The notes below the pieces were generated by a model. That model did not search any database and had not been told where the DNA came from. It was given only the letters and a program-made list of their open reading frames with translations. Positions 1 to 11,420 of a stretch of DNA of 64,000 bases are shown here, one piece after another (position 1 is the first letter of the stretch; each line of letters opens with the position of its first letter). Source of the stretch: Vezdaea acicularis. Lineage: Eukaryota. The DNA lies in contig JAPEUI010000009.1 in the NCBI GenBank assembly GCA_026025075.1, positions 186,001 through 250,000 of the forward strand, read 5' to 3'. The translations under genes and the position numbers were made by a program.

Positions 1-449
1 AAGCTCAGCAACCTTGGCTTCAACCATACTCTGCTATCAACCACGGGTGAATGGACGCACGTTCATTTTTTGAGCTTTACCTCGACATCTAATTATTCGT
101 CGTCATGCACAGCTTTAGCTAGCAATACCACTCTGATCACAACTACACATATTACCTTTGCCAGATTGAAGGTCGCCCGCTCACTGACGACTCCCCAGTC
201 GCTCTTATCAATACATTCTGTCTTTTTCCAGATAGTTCGAAGCAGTGATAAGAAGCCTTCGCCCTGCTCACCTTAACCAAAGCTTTAACTCCCCGCCCTC
301 AGTAATCTTTACGGATCCCGTCCAGATAGCGCTACACGTACGATAACCTACAACACCCCACTCTTCTGAACCAAAAAGCTAACCACCACCAGCTTGTTCC
401 CACTTCCCCAGCCTGCAAGTCTCTCACGACCTCTAGAGCTCCCCACGCC

Positions 450-1041
450 ATGGCTATGCCAGCATCCGCAGGCTTGCTGCAACGGCAGCTCAAACAGATG
501 CAAACGGACATGTTCATCCCGGGCGTCTCCTGCGGGCTAACCGGCGACTCGGTCTACGAGTGGGAGATAATGCTAATGATCAGCGACGAATGCAAAGACT
601 ACGGCGGTACGAACTTCCTCACCCCCCCTCCAAACCCGTCCACTCCCTCTCTCAACCCAAAAGCTAAATCTCCATGTTTGCCCCCCTCTAGGCGGCTTCT
701 TCCGCGCCTCCCTCACCTTCCCCCAAGAATACCCGCACCGACCACCGACCATGAAATTCCTGACGCCCATCTTCCACCCGAACATCTACCCCAGCGGCAC
801 GGTCTGCATCAGCATCCTTCACCCTCCGCAAGACGACGAGTACGGCTACGAGTCGGCCGCCGAGCGCTGGAGCCCCGTCCAGACCCCCGAGACTATCCTA
901 CTCAGCGTCATCTCCATGCTTAGTTCCCCCAATGATGAGAGTCCTGCGAACCTGGAGGCGGCGAAGCTGTGGAGAGAAGATCCGAAGGAGTTTCGGAGGC
1001 GCGTGAGGAGGTGTGTGAGGGATAGTTTGGAGGAGGGGTAG
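450..1041 (+). CDS. Ubiquitin-conjugating enzyme E2, Ubc7/UBE2G (Ubc15-like) class; exons 450-606, 692-1041
   Basis: The spliced protein has FHPNIY...VCISILH (active-site Cys), the acidic insertion PPQDDEYGYE typical of Ubc7/Cdc34-type E2s, and ERWSPVQ, PNDESPAN. A GT..AG intron at 607-691 restores YGGGFFRA. Confidence 0.92.
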
Positions 1042-1388
1042 GGCTGTGCAAGGGCTGAGGCTGGAGGTGGGCAGATCGAGTGGGAGATATACGGTATAGC
1101 GTGGACATGCAATGGGGGCGCTAGCGAGGTCAAAGGTCGTACTATCATGAGAGATCCATACGATACATACTTCCGAATGATCCATTGGCTTGAAATTGTT
1201 TACGCTTTGGCGAGCCGGCGCTCTGTCATTGTTTCTACGTACTACTATGCTATCATATTGTGTGCGAAAGCGCTTTGGATGGTTGCATGGGAATACCTGT
1301 GTCTACGAGACATCTATGCTGAACTTTCCTGCGCCAATGCGAATGCCAACTAACTCTGTAAAGGGGGTTCGAATGGCCAACAGGCGGG

Positions 1389-3989
1389 TCAATGCGTCCG
1401 TCGTATCGGTTTGGTACCCACGAATTTCCCGCCACAGAAGTAGCAAGTGTGGCATCCCTTCAGAAGCTCCAGGGCAAGCGCTGGCTCTCGCTGCCTCAGC
1501 CTTTTAGATGGATCCGCCGTGTGGCGGTCGAACTCGATAGCCATGCTCTTCTCGGCTTGAGTCAAGATTGCATCGGTAAGGTATTGTCTTCCACAAATGC
1601 CGCAGTACTTTGTTATGCCAGGTGCTTGGATAGCAAGAAAGGTAAGGGAACATCGGTCTAATATCTGTATTAGTAGAAGCCGCTGGGACGATAACAAGAG
1701 TCCTACCAAAGAAGTGGGGAATTTCGCCCGTGCAATAGGCTTGTGCTGACTTCGTGAGCCCGATTTGCGAACCGCAAAAGTCACAGCTTTCAATGAATAC
1801 CGGATCGTTGTCGAGATCCCTGCCTGAATCGTGCCGCAACCAATGAAGGGCCATTTCGCTGTCATTTTCCAATTCTGGCGGTGTTGATGGCCTTGGAAGT
1901 TCATTTAGGACTCTGCGGGCAGCAATGTACAGTATCCTAAGACTGATGTCGCTCGTTGCGACGCCATCCCGGGGGTACGACAGAATAGATTGTAAGAGCC
2001 ACCCCAGTATAGCGGTATCATCGCTGAACTGATCCGAGGGTTGGGCATCTTTGGTAGTTGCTAAGTTTTCGAGGCGGCCTAGGACATGTTCGAACTTGAG
2101 AGCCGAGTGCCAAGTCCAGATAGGTCGATCACCAGCTTTGGCAAGCACTGATCTTAGTTCTTTTATCAGAGATGCTTCTGAGCCCTCCTCAGGTCCTTTA
2201 TATCGGATCAATGGTGATGGATCATGAAGGGCTCCCAGAATGAAGGCTTCGGTGCTAAGTCGAGGACCTAAGTTGACAACATCTATCAGCATCTCGGGCT
2301 TGCAAGATGAAAGACAGATACGAACCAATTGGGAAGGCTAGCTCGCCAGATTTGGCCGTGAACCAATTCTTTAAGCTTGAATATTCCTTTCCGAAGACAA
2401 CAAAACACTCTTGTTGTCCTGCTGTAACATATTCGAGCATGTCGCTCGGGTGTAAGCTGAAGCAAACTGCCATGGTTCCGGCGGTTGGCGAACGATCCAT
2501 CCCCCACACTCTGACGAGTGTGTTGTCGTGTAGCTCGTGGTCAAGGTCAAATTGTCGTTGGTAGTCTCGTACCAAGCGCTGCCAATGCGTTCCTTCTGGC
2601 CTTGCTTTCAAGGAGATTTCAGCGTTGTGCTTGACGGCTAAAGCCTGGTTCAAGTGGGAATTGATATGTAGAGTAGAGGCTTCGCAAGAAGGACTGCCAT
2701 TGAATTTCATTCCTGGCGTGAGTGAGTTTCCCGCTCTAGGTTATGTAATACAGACTTACCAGCTATTGGCTCCCAGCAATCAAATGGTATTGTTTGTGTT
2801 GGGGTGTTTTCGAGAGCGGTGAACTGCTCAGAATCTGGCGCTAAGCTCCCTGCGGCGAGTTTTGTTTCAATTGAAATGACTTCTATACAATTGGCGTGCC
2901 TGACTGCTAGTGTCCAACCTCCGCTGCGTATCTAATCAATAGTGAGTCTACAAAGATCAAGAACTTGGATTCATGACCAACCTCCGCATCCCATGTTATA
3001 AATTCAGCCGCGTAGGGCTCTACAGAGGAGCTGTGGTTTATTAGGACCTCTTGAGCCACTGCAAGAGTCGTCTGTCTATCATTATTCGTTTTCAGAGTAA
3101 GGAGTCTAAGTCTTATAACGCCGCAGAAATTGTAGGCCATCCAACAGATCAAGCTTCCGTCCTGCGATAAGAGCCACGGGCTGAACGAGATCTGGCTGGC
3201 GGACGTATGCAAAATTTTCCGGATTGAGGAAAGTGTTCTTTCTGTGGGAGGTTTTTTGACCTCGAAACTTTCCAGCACCTTTGCAGCCCATCTTTGGTCA
3301 GATTGGCTGACAACATTGGGCGGCGGATAGACCTTCAGAAGAATGATCTCGCTATTGTCGTTTGCAGCAGCTATAATAGACTGCTCTCGGAGTTGCTCAA
3401 AACTGGAATCAACGTTGTCGTCCAGATCGTTGCCCTCGGTGCTGCGTGAGTGACTCCAATCAAATGCTCTGATTCGTCTTCTAAGCCGTGAAAGTTCTTC
3501 CGATTCCACGCCATTGTGACCCTCGTCGCCTTCTGATGATTGAAAATGCTTTTCGAGCGCGTGGTTGACTATAAGGACGCGTCGCCAATCATCTTTGTCT
3601 GTCCTATCCAAATTTGAGGCCCACACGGAAAGAATTAAATTGGAGCTGAGCAGCCCCAAGACGGATCGGCCATATCTTCCCAGGCCCGGCGGAGACCATT
3701 TTAAGCTTGATATACTGCCATTAGACTGCTCTTCGCCCAAGGACAATATCCTGGTGCTGCTCAGCTCTAGCTCTGGGACTTCGTTGGTCGTATACTTATT
3801 GATCCGTAGCTTGACAATGTCCCACTGATCGAAAGCGGACTTTGGTGGGAAGTAGCCTTCTTGGATCGTGAGCTTAGGGAAATATATTTCCAAGAACTCT
3901 CCGGCAGCCACAGCGAGCTCGCCATCGGTAGACCAAGTAAGGTTATCAAGGCTCGTAGGTTGGATTTGAAGCTTCAATTCAAGCAGCAT
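1389..3989 (-). CDS. Transcription factor IIIC 90-kDa-type subunit (TFIIIC delta N-terminal domain plus C-terminal zinc finger); exons 3989-2982, 2931-2760, 2712-2326, 2267-1707, 1657-1389
   Basis: N-terminal WSTDGELAVA and SLKWSPPGLG...SVLGLLSSNL propeller-type motifs. C-terminal CDFC...C...H...RCSLTFLAIQAP...CGIC...CYFCGGKF zinc finger. Four canonical introns join the ORF pieces in frame. Confidence 0.85.
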
Positions 3990-4445
3990 AGTGGCTACAT
4001 CGGGTTAAACTGGCGACTAGGGTAGGCGATTGGTTCGGATTGTTCCATGCTGAGGGTAAGATGCAGGGCACGTTGCACTCGACCAATTCCAGCTCAATGG
4101 CACATCTCTATCAATGGCACGCTCAGGAGTTGCTGTAGACTCTTACAGTGTTTGTTGGACGTCTTTTTTTTAAGTTAGATGACGATGCAAGACTTTGACG
4201 AACTCGCCGAACACTGAGAGCCGGTGGAGATGACGTCATCTTCTGATTTACTCCTGTCAGCGCGCTTAAGGAAATTGGGAGAGAGCTTTCGAGGTTATGA
4301 TGGCCAGCCTTAGGACACCAGCGCGTTGCCTTAGATCTACCTATCACTATACCGTTCACTTATGCACGTTGCTGGGCACATGCGGCTTTGCGGAGGAAAG
4401 GAATGTCAGGGACTGTCTACCCCGGACAATGCCCCGCTAGCCGAG

Positions 4446-4451
4446 CCGAGG
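4446..4451 (+). promoter_or_regulatory. CCGAGG, candidate FarA/FarB fatty-acid-response element upstream of the carnitine carrier
   Basis: Exact 6-mer about 175 bp upstream of the ATG. The motif is short, so a chance match is possible. Confidence 0.35.
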
Positions 4452-4622
4452 TTCTTAGCCTCCCAGACCTCCACTGGTCCCGAGGGACCAGCTCCATGGA
4501 ACAACAACTATAACGTGACCTGTTTTGCTTGTGATTCTTACCGCGAGCGCTTCATTTAATCTGCTTGACCGACCGAGTCCCTCCACGCATTGTCCCCGAC
4601 TGACTGTGTTGTTCTGTCCGCC

Positions 4623-5746
4623 ATGCCTTCCTCGAATTCTTCAGACCGCAATACGCCTCTTACGTCGACGCTCCCCTCGAAAGAAAACCTACCTTCCCAG
4701 AACGAAGTGAAAGAGGAAGTAGTAGCAGCGACCAAATCTACACTCTCAGGTCTTCGGTCACTTGCAGCAGGAGGTGTTGGGGGGATATGCGCCGTGGTAG
4801 TGGGGCATCCCTTTGATCTCGTGAAAGTCAGGTTGCAGACAGCAGAGAAGGGCGTTTACTCAGGAGCTTTCGATGTCGTCAGGAGGACAGTTGCGAGAGA
4901 AGGGCTATTCAGAGGTCTCTATGCGGGCGTGAGCGCGCCATTGGTGGGAGTCACTCCCATGTGTGAGTATTTTCTGAGATTACCCCTTTCGTTATTATTC
5001 TTGGCTGATACTCGCATACGAGATAGTCGCCGTGAGCTTCTGGGGTTATGACGTGGGCAAAGGTCTTGTGCGGAGATTCTCAACCGTTGAGAACGACCAG
5101 TTCTCGATCGCCCAAATATCGTCGGCGGGTTTCTTTTCCGCAATACCCATGACGCTCATCACCGCCCCATTTGAACGAGTCAAAGTCCTACTACAGATAC
5201 AAGGTCAGAAGCAATTGGCTCCTGGAGAGAAGCCAAAATATGCCGGGGGCGTTGATGTCGTCCGTCAATTGTACAAGGAGGGAGGAGTACGGAGCGTTTT
5301 CAGAGGGAGTGCAGCTACCCTAGCAAGAGATGGACCGGGGTCTGCAGCGTACTTTGCAACATATGAATACATCAAGCGAAAGATGACACCGTTGGACGAG
5401 AATGGAAAGCCCGGGAAGCTGAGTCTTACAGCAGTGATGACAGCGGGTGGAGCTGCTGGCGTTGCGATGTGGATCCCCGTGTTCCCTGTTGACACGGTGA
5501 AGAGTAGACTACAAAGCGCAGAGGGCAGACCTACGGTTGGCGGGGTGGTCGGAGAGCTCTGGCGGCGAGGAGGTTTCAAGGCGTTCTTCCCGGGCATAGG
5601 ACCGGCACTTACAAGGGCAGTGCCTGCAAATGCAGCGACATTGTAAGTTCTAAGATCTACCCCTTTCTCAGAACCAATGCTGATTTCGTCGTTCTAGTTT
5701 GGGTGTGGAGCTTGCTCACGTAGCAATGAACAAAATATTCGGATGA
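4623..5746 (+). CDS. CRC1: Mitochondrial carnitine/acylcarnitine carrier (Crc1/AcuH-like); exons 4623-4962, 5027-5642, 5698-5746
   Basis: Three Px(D/E)xxKxx(L/Q) carrier repeats (GHPFDLVKVRLQ, APFERVKVLLQ, FPVDTVKSRLQ) plus the RDGPGSAAYF and RAVPANAATF motifs typical of carnitine carriers. Confidence 0.93.
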
Positions 5747-5853
5747 TTCGACAACGTTTGGAGTCCTTAGCATAAACTATTCATGCGTCTTTCACATCTT
5801 TCTATGCATTTTGCAACCTTACTCCAGCTTAGTCAATTACGGTTACTCAAATT

Positions 5854-7035
5854 TTAGCCATCCTTCCATGTAGGCTCTAATGATACCACAAAAATGTTGC
5901 TAATCATCTCCCAGGGGTGATAGTCAATATAACACATGCTCATTCTTGCCAGCTCGGCCGCGAACGATTTCGTGTCCTTAAATACGTCCTTATGAACCTC
6001 CCGCTTTTCATGACAGAGAATGTGGGCCCAATATGATACTAGAAGCTCCCTCAACAAATCCGATGTGTCCCGAAACCCTAGGGAGCTCGTCAGTTTAGCT
6101 TATTTTACCCTAGTACAAAATATTGACTCACGGGATATTGTGCCCTCGGCCCACCCGCCGCTCTGCCTCAGTCGAACTGCAGTTTGGACATCGTCCCAAA
6201 AAGCTGCATTTGCTTGCTCCAGGCTAAGACTACTCCTGCAGACCTCCTCCCCGGGCTTGACATGGAATTTCACCGCAACCTCAAATTCCGGCGTGCTTGG
6301 CTCGTACTCTCCCCATGCGGCAACCCACGCCTCTATTGTCTCGCACTCTACCCTATGCATGCGGTGCAACTGTGAGGCTAATTTCCGGAAGTTTGACTCA
6401 ACTGTCTCACACCACCGTAAATAAGGGTGTAGATTCTGTGACCCAGCTTTCCGACGAGAGGAAATAGCTTTATTCCACGGAAAAATAAACTCGACCTTCT
6501 GTAGGTTCTTTAGAGAGTACCAATTTAGAAGTGGCAACTTCAAGTCGATCGGTACCTCGCAATTGAGAGGGTCGTAGATGCGGACTGAGCGTAATCTCTC
6601 AGTGTTAGAGAGCCCTATTCGTGTTAAAAAATTAAGATTAAGCTCGATGAAGTTCTCGAAGACAAAGTTGTTCTCTCCATATAGCATCTGAATGCCTTCA
6701 TTGTAAAATCTTCGGCAGACGCGGAGGACATCTGCGCGGACACAAATATAACTTGGCCGAGAGGGATTGCAGTGGCAATGCATTAGAAGTGTGGTATGGC
6801 AAACAAGGTGCCCATGAACTGGGTGACCTTTTATGCCCCCAGGTGTCTGTAGCCGGTTCTTGTAGTCATCGCCGTAAAACGGGTCTCTGGAGTCAAAAGC
6901 TAGTACTATGTCATGTAGAGGAGCGCAGACGAGAATCCATCGTAAGATCATAAGCCGTATTTCTGCTGGAAGATGATAGATCGTTGAATCCGGATTCTGA
7001 CGCGAAACATGGGTGGCAGAAACCGAAGTAGACAT
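5854..7035 (-). CDS. Hypothetical protein (~375 aa) with an F-box-like N-terminal motif; exons 7035-6132, 6077-5854
   Basis: IYHLPAEIRLMILRWIL followed by VLRVCRRFYNEGIQMLYGENNFVF, a pattern common in fungal F-box-like hypotheticals. A 54-nt GTGAGT..CTGAC..TAG intron (6131-6078) joins the 6100-7053 ORF in frame to the 5854-6057 ORF. Confidence 0.75.
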
Positions 7036-8444
7036 TTTTCTTCTTATCTGCACAGAGCGAAGATATCATCAGATTCACGCGAGTAAGAAGCAAGACACAC
7101 TATACTAATCGTGTAGAGTAGCACGGAAATCTTGGAGGCCGAAGAGCAACACCTCCGCTTCCTTAAGACCGAAAGCCATCAGACGAGGCTAGAGGAGCTC
7201 TACATCAATCGCGAGGAGGTCAACGAACAATCCGAATATTGTAGAGTCAGTTGAAGAAACAACCATTGCAGATAGATTAGCAGAGAAAGTCCTGCGGTTA
7301 CACCTCACACTTCGTGCAGCAGCAGGTCACGTTTGGACCATCCCTCACGTGCCCGTGCATGCCCACGAACCAGCTCTCGTCACGGAATGTAGTGTTCGCT
7401 CCCGCCAAGTTACTGCCGACTTTCATTTCCGAAAACATGGTAAGGAAGCTCAAAATAAACGGCCTTGCAGGGAAGCGGGTTGGCGGTGAATTTCTACCGG
7501 ACACCACACCGCTCGCTTCGATCGCATATTGCACCCACCAAGGGCTCTCATCTAATGAGATACAACTCACCGAATCGATCTCAATTCTTCGTATGAGCGG
7601 CCGAGATCGCTGTTGCAAAACATCTCTGCTATACCTTCATGTCCCAAACCTCCGATGCTCGGCCCTGAACCTTGGACCTGTAGAGATGCACCTTAACCTT
7701 TCCGGAGAGAGAGAGGGGTCCTGTGGCGCCCAAGCGGTCAGCTCATAGCGACGTGTAATTGCTTTTCTTTAAAAACCCTCACCGATCAATTAAACTTTAC
7801 GGCCCTTAATTTAGAGTGCGGGGCCGCCTGATGCTAGGCTTCATCCAGTGAAAGGACGTAGCTTACGCCTTGGCTAGTTTACGAGGTGTTGACAGCCATC
7901 TTTCAAGTTGCCACCCTTTCAGTCTCCTTCACGCCAGCTCAGATCTGTTCAACTCACTGTTTACGAAGCACATCATGCTACCACGAGGTTACAACCCCTC
8001 GCTTTGTGGCTTGTGGACAAGCTTTTGTTCCCTTGTCTCCTCCGTTCGCGCTTGTTTTCATCTCCCCTCCACCGCCATTGCTGTGCAAAGCCCTACTGTT
8101 TGTTTCCTAGGCCATCTTCAATCCGAGAAGATGGTTTGTTGCACTCACCGCATTTCTACAACACCACCCCTCTAAATGCTTTCCTCGTCATTACCGAATG
8201 TTACCTTCTGCATCAATTTCTCCTTGAAGTTATCCTTTCCGAAAAGTCATGTCTTCCTCAATGAAAAAAAGTAAACGACCGCTTGAGCGGTCGCAGAAGG
8301 CTTATTGTCATTCGCCACGCATCTATCCCCCCTGGGATATGATGGGGGGGGGGGCGGTGTTTGGATATGCACGAAACCTCTAAGATTCACGTTCATTTCT
8401 CAGGTGTTTACGTGCTTTCTCTGATGCTCCAGCGAACGGTAAAA

Positions 8445-8454
8445 TATATATAAA
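8445..8454 (+). promoter_or_regulatory. TATA box (TATATATAAA) of the HET-domain gene
   Basis: Strong TATA about 170 bp upstream of ATG 8622, followed by a pyrimidine-rich tract. Confidence 0.6.
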
Positions 8455-8621
8455 GGCTGCTTTCGTGCCTCTCTACTCATCGTTAACTTCCCTATCAATC
8501 TCAAAGACCCGCAACAGTTCGAGCGGTCCAATCCATCGTGCTCGAGGATAACGTCTCCTTACATCTTATAAACATATAAATCCATCCAGCGGTATCATAA
8601 CTCACTGCCAATTAAGACCTA

Positions 8622-10871
8622 ATGGCTACCCAAACGAAGCCCACTCAGACGAAGCCGCCCCAAAGCGAATGGCCCAAGTACATTTTGGACCTGGGTGCGA
8701 CACCAGCCGACCGTTGGACCGTTAGGGAATTTGCCAAAGTCGAGTCTCAGTTCTGGGACCCTAAGGTTGGATGGAAGTATGGTGCCATCTCATATGCATG
8801 GGGAAATTGGCACGACAAAACGGATGCTGTAGTCGGTACGCAGCAGAATGGATATCCTGCCTTCGATATTGGAACGGATCCGACAACAAACAAGCCCATT
8901 ACCTGGACGTTTCCGGTGCTTAACAGGCTGGACACATCAAGAAATTTCTACAAGCCCGCGGATCCGATCTTCCTCATCTCAAATGTTCAGAGCACCTTGA
9001 AGTCCTTGGGCCTCCGATGGGTTTGGTGGGACGTAAGCAACTTTCCGAGCTGACTGTTGTCACTTCAGAGCATTGCTGATTCAGAAGCGCTATAGTGGGC
9101 TTGTATTCCTCAGGGAAATGACTCGTCTCCGGCCGCGAAATTGTCTCCCGATTTAGAAGCCGTTCAGGGGCAAGAAGTGAACAAGATGAGATTTATTTAC
9201 CCTCGCTCATTGAAGGGCTGCCTATGGCTGCATCAAGCCACTTGGGTTAAAGATCGGCTCCTAGTTAAAAGCCCTTTGGAGAGCCTTCTGGACCAAATCG
9301 TCAAGATTCGCCAGGCAGGAAAGTTAGCCAGTCTTCCCATTGAAAGTGTCAGAAGCTTCTTGGATGGCCTAGACTGCGTTAAAGATTCGCAAGCAAGTCT
9401 TAGTGAGTTGCTTTCTATTTCATGCGGCATGTTTTGGAACTGATAAGTACAGATTCTGTTTGGAGCTTCCAGGAGGGAGTCCTCTTTTCAGATTATAGGC
9501 GACCCCATAGGGACGACGTGACCGAACTAGGCAATTTCAATGCCGAGTCGGCAGTGATCCTTGATCATAACGGCGACGCATTGACGAATGATGCCTTCAA
9601 TGGAAAAAAGGCTGGCTTAATGGAAATTGTGACATTGGCAAGCAGCTACGCTTCGACGATTGCAGACATACTACAGAAGGTAGCGCAGGGGGTTGCTGTC
9701 AACACCGCTGGACAGCCTGGATGGGTAGCTTGGCTTATTGACCCCGCCAACGAGGTAGCAGCACGAGCTCTACTCTCAAGACTCATTGGTGAGAAAAATG
9801 AAGCCATAAACAACATGTTCTGATCTGACTGAAAATCCAGCAACCGGCTTGGTCGGTTACACTTATAACAACCCGTTGCCCCTCTTGGAAGCCAAATTTG
9901 CCAGAGCCGCGCCCTGGATGTCTGAAGCCGATCTTTGCGTCAATGCCGTCGCTGGTGCCATGGATATTGAGCTTGGAACAGCGGTGCAGGAATCTATCGT
10001 AGCAAGGGATGCTGCAAAGGCCAAAGCCAAGGTTCAAAACCTCGATTGGGCTGCCACCAACAAACTTGTGACTGCCGAAGAATGCAAACCTCTCAAGCCA
10101 GTTTTCCTCCGCAGCATGTTCGAAACATACCAATGGCGTATGCTACTCTTGGCTCGCAGCTTCCCGGCACCGCCGGCACCAGTCGCAGGGGCAGCTCCGC
10201 CCGCCCTGGCTCCCGTCGTCGTACCAACAAGCTGGTGGCCATCTTTCGTTCAGTTGGACAGACCCAAGTTTGCCTCTCTAGAATACTACATCGGCTCAGA
10301 CAACCTTACGACGATGTACCAACCTCGCCTGCTAGCACCGCCTGCCCTGCCCGCAGACCTGTACGATCTGCCTAAGCTCAACATCTCCGCCGACGACAAC
10401 CTCACCCTCATCATCCAGCCCAAGCCCACGTACAAAGCCTTTGACATGACCAAGCCGACCGCCCAGGGGTGGACCAAATCCGAAGTCTACACCTACATCG
10501 ACGGCCCGACCGTCAAGATGCCAGGCACTGTCGGTTTCGTCAACGTCGACTTCAAGAACCGCGAGGCCGCCCTCGGGAAGAACAACGTTCTCCTTCCTAT
10601 CGAGGACTCGGCGGAAAAACTCCCTGCTGGCGTTGGCTTGCAGATTATGGTCCAAAGCGCACTGGCGTCGAAGCCAGTCGCGAAGCCGGCTAATGTCGTC
10701 TCCACTGCGCCTGCGGCGTCTCCTCCCCCGCCAAAATACATCCGCTGCGTCATCCTCTTCAACTATGATCCGGTTGCCTCGACGGCGGTCTTCAGGGGTA
10801 TTGGAGATTTCCAGGGCTTGAAGACTGCGGATCAGACTTTGGTCGTGGACAAGGCTATAACAGTCTTGTAG
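8622..10871 (+). CDS. Heterokaryon-incompatibility (HET)-domain protein, 694 aa; exons 8622-9032, 9096-9402, 9453-9788, 9841-10871
   Basis: The spliced product carries the HET motifs in order: YGAISYAWG, WVWWDWACIPQ, EVNKMRFIYPRS..CLWL, WSFQE. Three canonical GT-AG introns give a 2085-nt stop-free frame. Confidence 0.85.
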
Positions 10872-11420
10872 GGTAGATGCTTACCGAAAAGGTGCAGCGA
10901 AGTTGAGATCAGACCGCTTGGATTTCTCTATTCAGACTGCTGCTTCCCTCCTAATTATTGAAATTGTAGTTCATGCTTGTTATTTTTAATCCCGCTAGCA
11001 ATTAACTAGTAATGGCTGAAATTTGTTATTATTCCCACGCTTTGAGTATTTGAACGATCGAGTGAGGCTTGGGATACAACCCACGGTCGTTTACTAGCCC
11101 TAGTTGCGTGGTATCTCTGACTTATGTTACGGCAAAATGAATGAAGTATAATCGGAGACTGTGAGACACTTTGTGTCGTAGCTTTCAAGCTGCAATTGTC
11201 GTGACCTTGACTCAATTCTTTCTTACAAAGGCCAAGGCTAGGGATGAGGCTAAGTCGCAAGGGGAGACCTCAACGACGAAACAAAATTGACGTCGAATAG
11301 TCTCATGCGATCTCTGGTATATCCGACAAAACTCCAGTGCGATGAAAGGCCTACGCCAATCACTGAAAGATCCGCCAGAGGCAAACTCTGTCTGAAAGAT
11401 AAGAAAAAGGACGGAAAATA

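Noticed and set aside
1360..1385. GGTTCGAAT tRNA T-loop/B-box-like motif (similar at 36431 and 46753)
   Set aside because: No cloverleaf or A box. These lie in a 3' flank, a CDS or a promoter.
7826..7865. CTGATG...GAAA resembling a hammerhead ribozyme core
   Set aside because: The core reads CTGATGC rather than CTGANGA, and the required stems are absent.
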